Below are positions 7,819 through 17,072 of a stretch of DNA of 64,000 nucleotides, one piece after another; position 1 is the stretch's first letter, and the number at the start of each line of letters is the position of its first letter. The notes under the pieces were generated by a model. That model saw nothing but the letters and a program-made list of their open reading frames with translations. It searched no databases and was not told where the DNA came from. A program made the position numbers and the translations under genes. Where the stretch lies: IMG/VR virus record IMGVR_UViG_3300025909_000005, one strand, 5' to 3'. The DNA is from a virus. Its lineage: Duplodnaviria > Caudoviricetes.

Positions 7819-9174
7819 ATGAACGTTCCACTGATGGATGAAGACGCGCAGCGTCTCTACATCAACTCGATGATCTCGAACCCTGAGCTCTTTACTCAGG
7901 TGAACGCGATCCTTCGTCCGACGTACTTTGACCCGCACCTTGCGAAGGGCGTCAAGTACTTGCAGGACTACTTCTACGAGAATCACGCGGTGCCTGATGC
8001 AGCGATCTACAAGGTCGCAACGAAGCTTGACACCGAGTTTACACCGCTCCTTCCTGCAGACAAGGAGTTCGTGGCGAACCAGATCGCCGAGTTCTGCAGG
8101 TTCCAGGCCTGCATCGACGTGATCAAGAAGTCTACGGGCAAGGACGGCTACTTCGAGAAGGGCGACCTCGGTTCGATGGTCGCTGAGATGAAGAAGGCGT
8201 CTGAGATTGGTCTCGACACCGACTTCGGCATCAACTACTTTGAGAACGTCATGGAGCGCCTCGTGAACAACGAGGTTGAGGACCCTGTCATCTCAACTGG
8301 CTGGACCACGATCGACGAGGTGATCGGTGGAGGCATCGGTCTTGAGGAGCTTGTGCTCTTCCTGGCTCCATCTGGCGGTGGTAAGTCGGTCTCGATGCTG
8401 AACCTTGCATACAACCTTCTCGAGCAGGGCTACGACGGCGTCTACATCTCGTTGGAAATGCGGGACACGAAGGTCTCCAAGCGCGCCGACCAGATGATTG
8501 CGCGGATCGCCAGCAACCAGATCCCAGACAACAAGGCGATCGTTGCAGATGAGATTGAGAAGTTCCACCAGAAGTCTGGTGCCGACTTCTTCATCAAGCG
8601 CATGCCTGCGGGTACGACGAATGCGAACGACATCATCGCGTACATCCGCAAGCTCAAGGCGGCAGGTCACCTCAAGAAGCTGGGCTTCATCGTCGTTGAC
8701 TACCTCGACATCATGGCACCAGTCCAGCGTGGCGCTGGCGAGTCGATGTTTCTGAAGGACAAGTACGTCTCTGAAGAGGTCCGTGAAATCGGCCACCTCT
8801 TCAAGTGTATCATGATCTCGGGCTCTCAGCTCGAGAAGGGCGCGACGGAGAAGATCAACGACGGTCAGAAGATGCACCAAGGTAACGTCCAAGGTGGCTC
8901 CTCGAAGACAAACACGGCCGACTTGATGATCGCAACGGTGAAGACAGACGCAATGCACGAGGCAGGCGAGTACCGCTTCGAGTTCCCGAAGGCACGCAAC
9001 TCGGATGCAGGAACCAAGCAGGTCACGATGGCTTGGAACAAGGTAACCCTGAAGATCTCGGACCTGGGGACCCAGCTTGTTCTCAAGAAGAAGGCGAGCA
9101 GCCTGACCCTAACCGCAGGAAAGCCAGGAGAGAAGAAGCAGACCCTCGATGAGTTCGCAAAGAAGTTCGAGTGA
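7819..9174 (+). CDS. gp41: DnaB-like replicative helicase (gp41-like)
   Basis: Walker A APSGGGKS, YISLEM, VVDYLD and SGSQL motifs. Confidence 0.93.
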   Translation: MNVPLMDEDAQRLYINSMISNPELFTQVNAILRPTYFDPHLAKGVKYLQDYFYENHAVPDAAIYKVATKLDTEFTPLLPADKEFVANQIAEFCRFQACIDVIKKSTGKDGYFEKGDLGSMVAEMKKASEIGLDTDFGINYFENVMERLVNNEVEDPVISTGWTTIDEVIGGGIGLEELVLFLAPSGGGKSVSMLNLAYNLLEQGYDGVYISLEMRDTKVSKRADQMIARIASNQIPDNKAIVADEIEKFHQKSGADFFIKRMPAGTTNANDIIAYIRKLKAAGHLKKLGFIVVDYLDIMAPVQRGAGESMFLKDKYVSEEVREIGHLFKCIMISGSQLEKGATEKINDGQKMHQGNVQGGSSKTNTADLMIATVKTDAMHEAGEYRFEFPKARNSDAGTKQVTMAWNKVTLKISDLGTQLVLKKKASSLTLTAGKPGEKKQTLDEFAKKFE

Positions 9175-9190
9175 CCTCACTTTCTGATCG

Positions 9191-9197
9191 ATAAATA
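9191..9197 (+). promoter_or_regulatory. Late promoter ATAAATA
   Basis: Intergenic, 35 nt upstream of ATG 9233. Confidence 0.7.
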
Positions 9198-9232
9198 GCC
9201 CCATCGAATAACCAAACCCAAAGGACTCCACC

Positions 9233-9520
9233 ATGGAACCAACACGCACCATCACCCTCGACGGCATCTCGTACGACGTTACCCAGTTCTCGCAGGGTGT
9301 CCAACAGGCGGTCATGATCTACAACAAGTTTTCTGCGCAGCTGCAGGACCAGCAGCTCGAGGTCATGAAGACCCAGGCCGCCATCTCCCAGGTCGGCAAC
9401 CAAATCTCCGAGGCAGTTCAGAAGGAACTCGCTGCGAAGAAGGCTGCTGCAGCACCGGCCGCAAATGATCAGGTCGAAGACGCACAAGTTGCGAACGGTG
9501 CCGATCACCACCCAGTCTGA
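9233..9520 (+). CDS. Small coiled-coil hypothetical protein
   Basis: 95 aa, AAGGA SD, flanked by a late promoter and a terminator. Confidence 0.8.
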   Translation: MEPTRTITLDGISYDVTQFSQGVQQAVMIYNKFSAQLQDQQLEVMKTQAAISQVGNQISEAVQKELAAKKAAAAPAANDQVEDAQVANGADHHPV

Positions 9521-9528
9521 GCGCCACA

Positions 9529-9546
9529 AGCATTAGTGGCTAGATA
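9529..9546 (+). repeat. 18-bp dispersed intergenic repeat, copy 2
   Basis: Identical to 3606..3623. Confidence 0.85.
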
Positions 9547-9570
9547 AGGGGCACTGAGTGCCCCTTTGTT
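9547..9570 (+). terminator. Rho-independent terminator
   Basis: GGGGCAC-TGA-GTGCCCC-TTTGTT. Confidence 0.8.
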
Positions 9571-9581
9571 GTACCTGGCTC

Positions 9582-9588
9582 ATAAATA
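9582..9588 (+). promoter_or_regulatory. Late promoter ATAAATA, 5 nt before ATG 9594
   Basis: Consensus match directly after the terminator. Confidence 0.7.
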
Positions 9589-9593
9589 GGCGC

Positions 9594-10013
9594 ATGAAAC
9601 TCAAAGATCTCCACGAAGCCAGCATCCTTGGCCGAATCTCCAAGGACTACGACGCAGATGACGCACTCGTCTACCTGCTCTTCCTTGCCACCTCAGACAT
9701 CGGTGATGTTCGGCGTCAAGTTGATCAGAATGAAGACCTGCCAGAGAGCAAGCGCGTCATCGACGGTTCGATCTACGCAGTCTACGAGAAGTTCATTCCG
9801 TACAAGCTGCACAGCATGACGGAGCACCAGAAGGAAGAGCTCTACGACAAGATCTGCCAGGACGAGATTCCATCTCAAACTTCTGACGAGTCTGTCGATG
9901 TGCTGCTTGACCTGGATGGAGACGTCTCAGCGGTCTACACGAACTATGACAAGCGCGAGAAGTTCCCGCACAAGGTTCTGACCATTGAGCTTGACGAGGG
10001 CTACTCAGCATGA
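9594..10013 (+). CDS. Putative head-packaged protein (MKLKDLHE|A leader)
   Basis: Start re-assigned to ATG 9594; leader variant of the family. Confidence 0.6.
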   Translation: MKLKDLHEASILGRISKDYDADDALVYLLFLATSDIGDVRRQVDQNEDLPESKRVIDGSIYAVYEKFIPYKLHSMTEHQKEELYDKICQDEIPSQTSDESVDVLLDLDGDVSAVYTNYDKREKFPHKVLTIELDEGYSA

Positions 10014-10438
10014 TCCTCGAGGATCTCAAGAAGCTTTCTGCGGTCGCTGATGCTGGCGGTGGTGAGATCCACGTGATCCCTATCACTGAGAAGATCATCA
10101 ATGAAGCTGTTGACTGGGATTGGCGGCCAGGTCATGGTGAAGCGACCATCCATTCTTGGCTGATGACTCAGGGCACCTTCAAGAAGCTTACCTTTGCTGA
10201 CTCAGCAAAGGAGTTCAATGAGAAGCCTGGCATGAGGAAGCGCCACTTTCAACAGCAGCTTGAACGACCAAGCGCCAAGGAAGTTTCTGAGAACCACATC
10301 AAACAAGGCACGGCCTTCGTGACTTTCAAGTACGCCACGCCAATTGCCGCCTTCGATAAGAAGGGCGGTGAGAAGCTCAAAAACGTCTACTTCATCGACA
10401 TCGATGACTCGTGGACTGACCGGGACATTCCAGACTAA
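10010..10438 (+). CDS. Hypothetical protein, possibly head-packaged (IINE|A site)
   Basis: 142 aa, ATGA overlap. Confidence 0.6.
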   Translation: MILEDLKKLSAVADAGGGEIHVIPITEKIINEAVDWDWRPGHGEATIHSWLMTQGTFKKLTFADSAKEFNEKPGMRKRHFQQQLERPSAKEVSENHIKQGTAFVTFKYATPIAAFDKKGGEKLKNVYFIDIDDSWTDRDIPD

Positions 10439-10439
10439 C

Positions 10440-12800
10440 ATGGGCATCGCACACCTAGAAGACCTCCCACTTGGCGAATTCATCCACGTCGTCAAGAACA
10501 TCGGCTCGATGCACGCATCTGAGAAGCTGGACGGCGCGAATCTCTGGATGGGTCTTGACGAACAGGGAAAGCTCTTCACCTCCCGACAGGGCAAGCGCAA
10601 GGGCGCCAAGAACTTCTACAGCGAGGCCGAGTACCCGTACTTTGCCGCGTACAATGGCTTCCGTGCGGCACAGGCCGCCTTCGAAGAGAAGATCGAGGAT
10701 GTCAAGCGCATCATGCAGCCTGGCCAGACGGTCGAGTGCGAGGTTCTCTTCGGTCGCCAACCGAACGCGGTCACCTACGGCGCCGACGACAAGTCCTACA
10801 TCGCGTTCCTGCGCGGCGTAGATGGCACTCCTGACATCGTTGCAGACCAGCTCTCTACATCCCTCGGTGGTCAGTCGGTCACCGTTCGCGTCAAGATCGT
10901 GGACACGACTGATGGCGAAGACCTCGAGCTCGTTGACACAGATGTCACGTACCAGTTCACGGGTGCGCAGCAGATCCCAACTGAGAAACTCAAGGACGTC
11001 GACCTGAACAAGCAGGTCGAGGAGCTTGAGAAGTTCCTTGAAGCACCAGCGGGGCTTGAATCCCACCCAGAGCTGACCAACTGGCAGCTTATCACGAACT
11101 CGCTCGGCACGATCCCAATTGACGTGCGTCCTCAGGCCAAGGAGCTGAAGGCAGACATCATGGCACGCGTCATGACTGACTTCAAGCTGCCAATCAAGAA
11201 GGACCTCCTTCTAAACTACGTCGCGAAGATCAAGCCACAGCTTGGCGCGGCCGACGTTACAACTGATGAGGACGTCGGCATTGAAGGTGTCGTGCTTCGG
11301 GATCCTACGAACGGCGACATGATTAAGCTCGTCGACAAGGACACCTTCACGACCATCAACACGTTCAACCACTCGGTTCGGAACCAGATCTCTGGTGTCG
11401 TTCGCACGCTTGACTCAACCGCGCCGCTTGAATCACGTGGTGGCATCCTCGGCAACATGAAGATCCAGATCGCTGACCTGCTCGGTGAGCCAGACCTGGC
11501 CCGCGGTGGCCCAGGCAAGAAGCTCATGGACAAGGCACGTGGCAAGGATGCAGTCGAGACCGTCAAGCGCTTCGCAGCCAACCTGGACATCGAGGACTTC
11601 CAAGGCACGAAGCGCAAGGTGCTGGCCTTGATCGCACAGGCGGCCAAGGAAATTCATGAGCTGCTCGTAGACTTCAAGGCCCACGTCGGTGACTTCCAGC
11701 TGAAGCTCAAGAATGGCAAGGTTATCGGCATCTCTCCTGAGATCCAGAAGCGCACGCTGCTGGTGTTCGCTGAAGCTCGTCGTAACGTCTCTGACCAGTT
11801 CAACAAGGTCAAGGCGTGCAAGACACCTGCCCAGCTCATCGCAGTTCTCTACGGCCACTACGCAACCGCTCTCTTCTCGGACGTTAACGACGATACCCCT
11901 TCCGAAGTTCAGGAATCCCACCTGATCCGCGAGTTCGAGGAGATGCTGACTGAGAAGAAGAACGACACGGACAAGGGTCGGTACAAGGGCAAGCAGGCCA
12001 AGACCCTGCTCGACTACTACTTCGCAACGGTGTTTATGTCTGTCCTGTTCTTCAAGGCAGACGACGCAGTCGGCATCAAGATGCTGCGTGACAAGGTTCA
12101 CTACATGATGGATGCCTGGTCTCCACAGATGTCCCAGCTAAACTTCTGGGGCTACCCAATCTGGCACGCGTCTCAACCTGTGGTGAAGAAGCTGGTCGGT
12201 CCAAAGGCCACAAGTCAGATCTTCAAGATCACCCGTCAGATCCCGCTGACCAAGTGGCGCTCTCTGCACAAGGACCTCTCCTTTGGCAAGGACAAGTCGT
12301 TCGACTGGACAGAACACAAGCACGTCCTACAGCTCCTCCAGCAGTTCGACGGGATGAAGACGGACCGCATAAATACCCTGATGGATGGTGTGTTCAAGTT
12401 TGATAAGCTCGACCATGATGATAAGGTCAAGCTGTTGGACAAGCTGCACACCTATGTGGCAATGACCCTTCCTAACTCGCCGCTGTTCACTCGCTTCAAG
12501 ATCCTTCAGAAGGCAATCAAGCGCGAGGACGATGATGACGAGAAGGATGACGACACAGTCAAGGAAATGAGACTCTTCAATACAATCAACGCGCTCGTGG
12601 AAGATGAGACCAGCGATGCTGCGAATGCTCAAGCAGCTGGACCTCAGGTTGACATGGTGAACCTGGCAACTCGCAGCGCGGACGTGACAGACAAGACCTC
12701 TGCTCCCACTGTGAACAAGAATCGACATGTCGTCAAGCGTCGTCGGAACCCGGCCGTCAAGAAGGCAAAGTTCCCGAAGCCAGAGGACTCCACGGTATAA
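10440..12800 (+). CDS. RNA-ligase-like nucleotidyltransferase fused to C-terminal domains
   Basis: Covalent-NTase motifs EKLDGAN (I), EGVVL (IV) and KLVDK (V). Start re-assigned to ATG 10440. Confidence 0.65.
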   Translation: MGIAHLEDLPLGEFIHVVKNIGSMHASEKLDGANLWMGLDEQGKLFTSRQGKRKGAKNFYSEAEYPYFAAYNGFRAAQAAFEEKIEDVKRIMQPGQTVECEVLFGRQPNAVTYGADDKSYIAFLRGVDGTPDIVADQLSTSLGGQSVTVRVKIVDTTDGEDLELVDTDVTYQFTGAQQIPTEKLKDVDLNKQVEELEKFLEAPAGLESHPELTNWQLITNSLGTIPIDVRPQAKELKADIMARVMTDFKLPIKKDLLLNYVAKIKPQLGAADVTTDEDVGIEGVVLRDPTNGDMIKLVDKDTFTTINTFNHSVRNQISGVVRTLDSTAPLESRGGILGNMKIQIADLLGEPDLARGGPGKKLMDKARGKDAVETVKRFAANLDIEDFQGTKRKVLALIAQAAKEIHELLVDFKAHVGDFQLKLKNGKVIGISPEIQKRTLLVFAEARRNVSDQFNKVKACKTPAQLIAVLYGHYATALFSDVNDDTPSEVQESHLIREFEEMLTEKKNDTDKGRYKGKQAKTLLDYYFATVFMSVLFFKADDAVGIKMLRDKVHYMMDAWSPQMSQLNFWGYPIWHASQPVVKKLVGPKATSQIFKITRQIPLTKWRSLHKDLSFGKDKSFDWTEHKHVLQLLQQFDGMKTDRINTLMDGVFKFDKLDHDDKVKLLDKLHTYVAMTLPNSPLFTRFKILQKAIKREDDDDEKDDDTVKEMRLFNTINALVEDETSDAANAQAAGPQVDMVNLATRSADVTDKTSAPTVNKNRHVVKRRRNPAVKKAKFPKPEDSTV
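12369..12375 (+). promoter_or_regulatory. Intragenic late promoter ATAAATA
   Basis: Encoded by the uncommon codons ATA AAT inside the ligase-like gene, upstream of the 12812 gene. Confidence 0.45.
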
Positions 12801-12811
12801 CAAGGACCCAC

Positions 12812-15283
12812 ATGTCACTACTCCAAGACATTCTCAGCACTCCACTCCAAGAAGTTAAGGCATCTCCGATTCAATTTGATCAGAAGGCGGATGCAGAACG
12901 CTTCATTGATTGGCTGACGAAGAACGGCTACGATGACTACTCGCTTGACGACATTCAGACTCAGGGTAAGGGCTTCGTGATTCCAATCCTTGATCTATAT
13001 TCTCATGACGCGAAGAAGCTCTCTGACAAGGCAATTGGGATGACAATGAAAGAAAGCCTCATTCGTGAATTCACCAGCAATCAAGCCGCGCTGAAGACCT
13101 CTGACGGTTCAGACGCGGGAAAGTCAGACGTCATCGACAAGGCGCTTGCCGGCTCTGACGTTCAGTTCTCACTCATGCGCAACACCATCAACTCTGATGG
13201 CGGCGTAACCGGTTCGGACGTCTCTGACTACATCGAACGCGCTGAAGACCTGAACGACGAGGTTGACACCGTTCCGTTCGGCCTGGAAACTGACGATGGC
13301 CAGATTGTCAAGGTCTACGTGAACGCTGAGCAGGCAGACGCCTTCGAGGGCGCCATGAAGAACATGCTTGGCATGGAAGACGACATCGAGGCTGCCATCA
13401 ACCGCCTCACGACTGAGTTCGACATCGTCGACGTGGTATGGCCATCTGGTGGTGACGAGGGTGAGGGTGAAGAGGGTGCCGAAGAGGATCCTGATGCTGA
13501 CCTGACCATCGACAACGCCGCTGACGATGACTTCTCAGATGAGTCTGATGACGACTTCGCAGACGACCAGTACGACGTGATTGCCGCAGCTGACGACAAG
13601 ACAGACGACACCACGGATGACTCGTCAGAAGACGACGGCGATGCTGACAATGACGGTGATTCCGCCGATGACGACACCGACAACGACGATGAAGAAGAGC
13701 TTGACGACAATGGCAAGCCCAAGAAGAAAAAGAAGAAGGCACAACCAGCCGAACCGTCGGATGACGACACTACCAAACAAGAAAGCCTCAACATGACAAT
13801 TGGCTCATCATTCCTCAAGCGCGTTCTCAATGAGGCGCCTGCTGCCATGAACACCGATCAGTTCAAGAAGTTCAAGAAGTGGTCAAACGACTACTCACTT
13901 GCGCTGCTGAACGCTGGTGACAAGACTCCTGCAGCGGCGCTTGCAGCTGAAAAGAAGATCCGCGCCATGGACAACGGCGATGCTCTCATGGGAATCGCAA
14001 AGAAGGCTCACAAGACGTACATGAACCTGGCCGGTCCAGCTCACAGCGTTGGTGGTGCCATCGATCCTGCTGACATGAAGAAGGTCGACGCGATCATTCA
14101 AAAGGCCGCCGGTCTGATGGTGACGGCAAAGCCGACGAAGGTCACTGAGGATGCCGTTGATCCATCTCCAAACACCTCTCAAGACCAGGACGGCGTCAAG
14201 GACGGCTTCAACATCCCTCTCGACTCGCAGCAGCGCGCCCTGACCGGCAAGCTGAAGCTCCCTTGGGCAAAGCGCCTCATCGCCTTCCACGCAATGTGTG
14301 GTATCCCAGGTCGCTACCTGAACAACGAAGAAGCTGAGGGCTCCATCATGGGCGCAGCTGACATGCTGCGCAAGAAGGTTTCAGTTCGCCGCGCGTTCCT
14401 TGACTTCTACGACGCCTTCGCAACTGCCAAGGGCTACACGATCCCGGCATCGGAGCCAACAGTCACCGCTGAGGGAATCATGGAAGCTTCTGTCAAGAAG
14501 CGCGGTTCGTACCTGCAAAAGCTCCTCGAGTCGGTCATGATCGAACTCGGTCTTCCACCTGCTCTAGTTGCCAACACCGGCCCATCTGCAGTTGGTACTG
14601 CGATCTACCGCACGGCTGAGATGCTCGAGCAGTCCTCAGACCTCGAACGCATGATCCGCACTCTTGCAGCACGTCTTGGCATCAAGCCAACGGATGTGGG
14701 TGCTGACGTTGATGACGAGAGGGGTGGTGCTCCTGAAGAAGACGAATCGGTCACAGAAGCCAAGAACCACCTCGGCGAGCCAGAGCAGACGACCTTCGCT
14801 GGTTGGAAGCGCGCGTGCAAGCAGCTGGACCCAAAGGTCTGGTTCGAAGGTGACAAGGACATCTGTGAAGCGTTCGTCGGTCCAAACCCATACAAGCGCG
14901 GTGAGACGAAGTCCATCGGCCAGTGGGACGGTGACAAGGGCTCCATCTACAAGGACAAGGTCACTGAAGCCGTTGACCTCGGTAGCGATGACCCGTATGT
15001 GACTGCTGTCTCGAACCTGATGTCGCAACTTGGTGTTCCGGACGTCGTGCTGAACTCCCGTCGCGCAGCTGTTGTTCAAGGTCTGCTTGCCCAGAAGCGC
15101 GCTGTACGTGCGTCGACTGTCATGACGGCCATTGGCAAGCTGTCGAACGTGATCACTGCCAACAAGATCCAGACCCCTTCGACGCAGCAGAACACGCAGC
15201 AAGGCCAACAGAACAATCAACAGCAGGGTCAGGCCAATGAGGCTGCATCCCGTTGGAAGTTCCTCTCGGCTCTCAAGGACTAA
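12812..15283 (+). CDS. Acidic prohead-core/internal-head-like protein with several Glu cleavage-like sites
   Basis: 823 aa with a long Asp/Glu tract and repeated LQE, LIRE, VLNE, KVTE, IME, SVTE motifs; AAGGA SD. Confidence 0.55.
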   Translation: MSLLQDILSTPLQEVKASPIQFDQKADAERFIDWLTKNGYDDYSLDDIQTQGKGFVIPILDLYSHDAKKLSDKAIGMTMKESLIREFTSNQAALKTSDGSDAGKSDVIDKALAGSDVQFSLMRNTINSDGGVTGSDVSDYIERAEDLNDEVDTVPFGLETDDGQIVKVYVNAEQADAFEGAMKNMLGMEDDIEAAINRLTTEFDIVDVVWPSGGDEGEGEEGAEEDPDADLTIDNAADDDFSDESDDDFADDQYDVIAAADDKTDDTTDDSSEDDGDADNDGDSADDDTDNDDEEELDDNGKPKKKKKKAQPAEPSDDDTTKQESLNMTIGSSFLKRVLNEAPAAMNTDQFKKFKKWSNDYSLALLNAGDKTPAAALAAEKKIRAMDNGDALMGIAKKAHKTYMNLAGPAHSVGGAIDPADMKKVDAIIQKAAGLMVTAKPTKVTEDAVDPSPNTSQDQDGVKDGFNIPLDSQQRALTGKLKLPWAKRLIAFHAMCGIPGRYLNNEEAEGSIMGAADMLRKKVSVRRAFLDFYDAFATAKGYTIPASEPTVTAEGIMEASVKKRGSYLQKLLESVMIELGLPPALVANTGPSAVGTAIYRTAEMLEQSSDLERMIRTLAARLGIKPTDVGADVDDERGGAPEEDESVTEAKNHLGEPEQTTFAGWKRACKQLDPKVWFEGDKDICEAFVGPNPYKRGETKSIGQWDGDKGSIYKDKVTEAVDLGSDDPYVTAVSNLMSQLGVPDVVLNSRRAAVVQGLLAQKRAVRASTVMTAIGKLSNVITANKIQTPSTQQNTQQGQQNNQQQGQANEAASRWKFLSALKD

Positions 15284-15284
15284 C

Positions 15285-15644
15285 GTGAAGATCTCTGAGC
15301 TTCTCGAAGCCAATCTTGACAAGCTCAAGGCGCATGCTGATGATCCGAAGAACCACCCGGTTTTCTCGGATCATGTGAGCAAGCGCGTTCAAGACATGGA
15401 GCAAGATGAAGCTTATGAGGCGGCCGAGGAAATCATTCGCCGACTTGCTAAGAAGGCGGGAGCTTCCTATGCTTCTGTGTCTTCCTACTGGCTCGGCGGC
15501 GGGATGCCAGGTGACGACTACGCACAGTACATGGAAAAGCAAGACATTCATCTTGAAGATGGCTGGGACTACAACAAGGAAAAGCTAAACAAGATGGGCA
15601 TGTCAAAGCAGGACTACATGATTCTTCTGAAGGCATCCGAGTAA
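15285..15644 (+). CDS. Putative head-packaged protein (MKISELLE|A leader)
   Basis: GTG start at 15285 with AAGGA SD; family leader. Confidence 0.65.
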   Translation: MKISELLEANLDKLKAHADDPKNHPVFSDHVSKRVQDMEQDEAYEAAEEIIRRLAKKAGASYASVSSYWLGGGMPGDDYAQYMEKQDIHLEDGWDYNKEKLNKMGMSKQDYMILLKASE

Positions 15645-16360
15645 TGTGGCTCCTCAAAGAAATTACCAAGGCTGACGAGCCAGTTGAGAAGGCAGATCCT
15701 GCAGAGATCTCAGACGCCCCTGCGCCTGTCGAGCCAGATGGCTGGTCCATCGGCCACCTGGCAAACCACGGCGTTCTGCTCGCCTGCGACGGTTTCCAAC
15801 TGAAGCTTGACGCAAAGCAACTTGACAAGTTCTTCGACATTGCCGAGTCTGGGGACATAGGTGAGATTCGCGACCAGTCTGGTAAGATCGTTGGCGTTGA
15901 ACCAACCTCTGACTCCATTATCCTGACACGTGTCGGTGACCCAGTCTACCCATCTGGTGTCGTGCTCGACCTTGGCACCCTCAAGGACCTTGGCATCGAG
16001 CAGGACGAACAGGAACGCCAAGATGCAGAAGACGGTGAGGACGACAACGATCCTGCTCAAGACGCGCCTGACGATCCAGCGGATGATACAATTGACAACA
16101 AGGTGGAAGAAGGCGTCCACGTTGCCTACAAGCGATCCGGCAAGAAGATCGTCAAGGGTTTCCGCGTTACCTCTGGCTACCGCAAGGGCCGAGTTGTTAC
16201 GAACCTCAAGACCGCCTACAAGCCAAAGCCGCCTGCTGCAACTCGCATGAAGCTAAGTCGTGCAGCAAAGCGCCACAAGGTCGTCCGCGTGTTGAAGTCT
16301 AAGCGCACTCGTCGAATGTCAATCAGCAAGCGCTTGAAGCGCATGAACCAGGGACGATAG
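15644..16360 (+). CDS. Prohead core protein-like (acidic middle, strongly basic C-terminus; gp68-like)
   Basis: Basic C-terminal region after KVEE|G resembles T4-like prohead core proteins. Confidence 0.5.
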   Translation: MWLLKEITKADEPVEKADPAEISDAPAPVEPDGWSIGHLANHGVLLACDGFQLKLDAKQLDKFFDIAESGDIGEIRDQSGKIVGVEPTSDSIILTRVGDPVYPSGVVLDLGTLKDLGIEQDEQERQDAEDGEDDNDPAQDAPDDPADDTIDNKVEEGVHVAYKRSGKKIVKGFRVTSGYRKGRVVTNLKTAYKPKPPAATRMKLSRAAKRHKVVRVLKSKRTRRMSISKRLKRMNQGR

Positions 16361-16379
16361 GTTCAGAAGAAAACAACAG

Positions 16380-17057
16380 ATGAAGTTCCCATACCCAGAT
16401 CTCAGCACAGAGACATACAACAATCAGAGGTGGTACGTTACGCCAACTGGTGCCTATCCTTCGATAACCACGATCCTAGGCACCACCGCCCCTCCTGAAA
16501 AGGTTGCCTCGCTGCAGAACTGGCGCACGTCCCTTGGTGCTGCCAAGGCCGATGAGGTCTCCAAGAAAGCTACCGACCATGGCACAAACGTCCACCTTTT
16601 GGCAGAACGTTATCTCAAGGGTGAGGAAGTTCTGGCTCCTATCAATGGAAAGCCAGTGCCTCACCTCGACGTTGCTGCCTTTAATGCTCTTCGCCTGAAG
16701 CTCGACAAGATCGAAGAAGTTTGGGGTCAGGAGGTCGCTCTCTACTCCACGACAATTGAGGTCGCTGGCCGCTGTGACCTGATCGGCAAGTACAAGGGCC
16801 GACCCGTGATCGTCGACTTCAAGACTGCTTCCCGTGTCAAGGGCAAGAAGGACATCGAGGACTACAACCTGCAGCTTGCCTTCTACGCCATTGCCCACAA
16901 CGAGATGTTCGGGACGGACATCCAGCACGGCGTCATCCTCATGGTCTCTGACCTTGGTTTCCCTCAGGAATTCAACGTCAACCTCCTGGACCACTACGAA
17001 GAGCTCGGAAAACGAGTCGATTCCTTCTGGTCCAAAGCGATAAATAGTGTTGCATAA
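16380..17057 (+). CDS. PD-(D/E)xK exonuclease (Cas4-like/RecB-like fold)
   Basis: PSITTIL, GTNVH, AGRCDL, IVDFKT and YNLQLAFYA motifs. Confidence 0.85.
   Translation: MKFPYPDLSTETYNNQRWYVTPTGAYPSITTILGTTAPPEKVASLQNWRTSLGAAKADEVSKKATDHGTNVHLLAERYLKGEEVLAPINGKPVPHLDVAAFNALRLKLDKIEEVWGQEVALYSTTIEVAGRCDLIGKYKGRPVIVDFKTASRVKGKKDIEDYNLQLAFYAIAHNEMFGTDIQHGVILMVSDLGFPQEFNVNLLDHYEELGKRVDSFWSKAINSVA
17040..17046 (+). promoter_or_regulatory. Late promoter ATAAATA
   Basis: Overlaps the exonuclease 3' end, 26 nt upstream of ATG 17073. Confidence 0.65.
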
Positions 17058-17072
17058 TCTCTCGGAGAAGAA

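Noticed and set aside
16380-17057. Cas4-like nuclease as a sign of a CRISPR system
   Set aside because: No repeat-spacer array or other cas genes seen; stand-alone PD-(D/E)xK exonucleases are common in T4-like phages.
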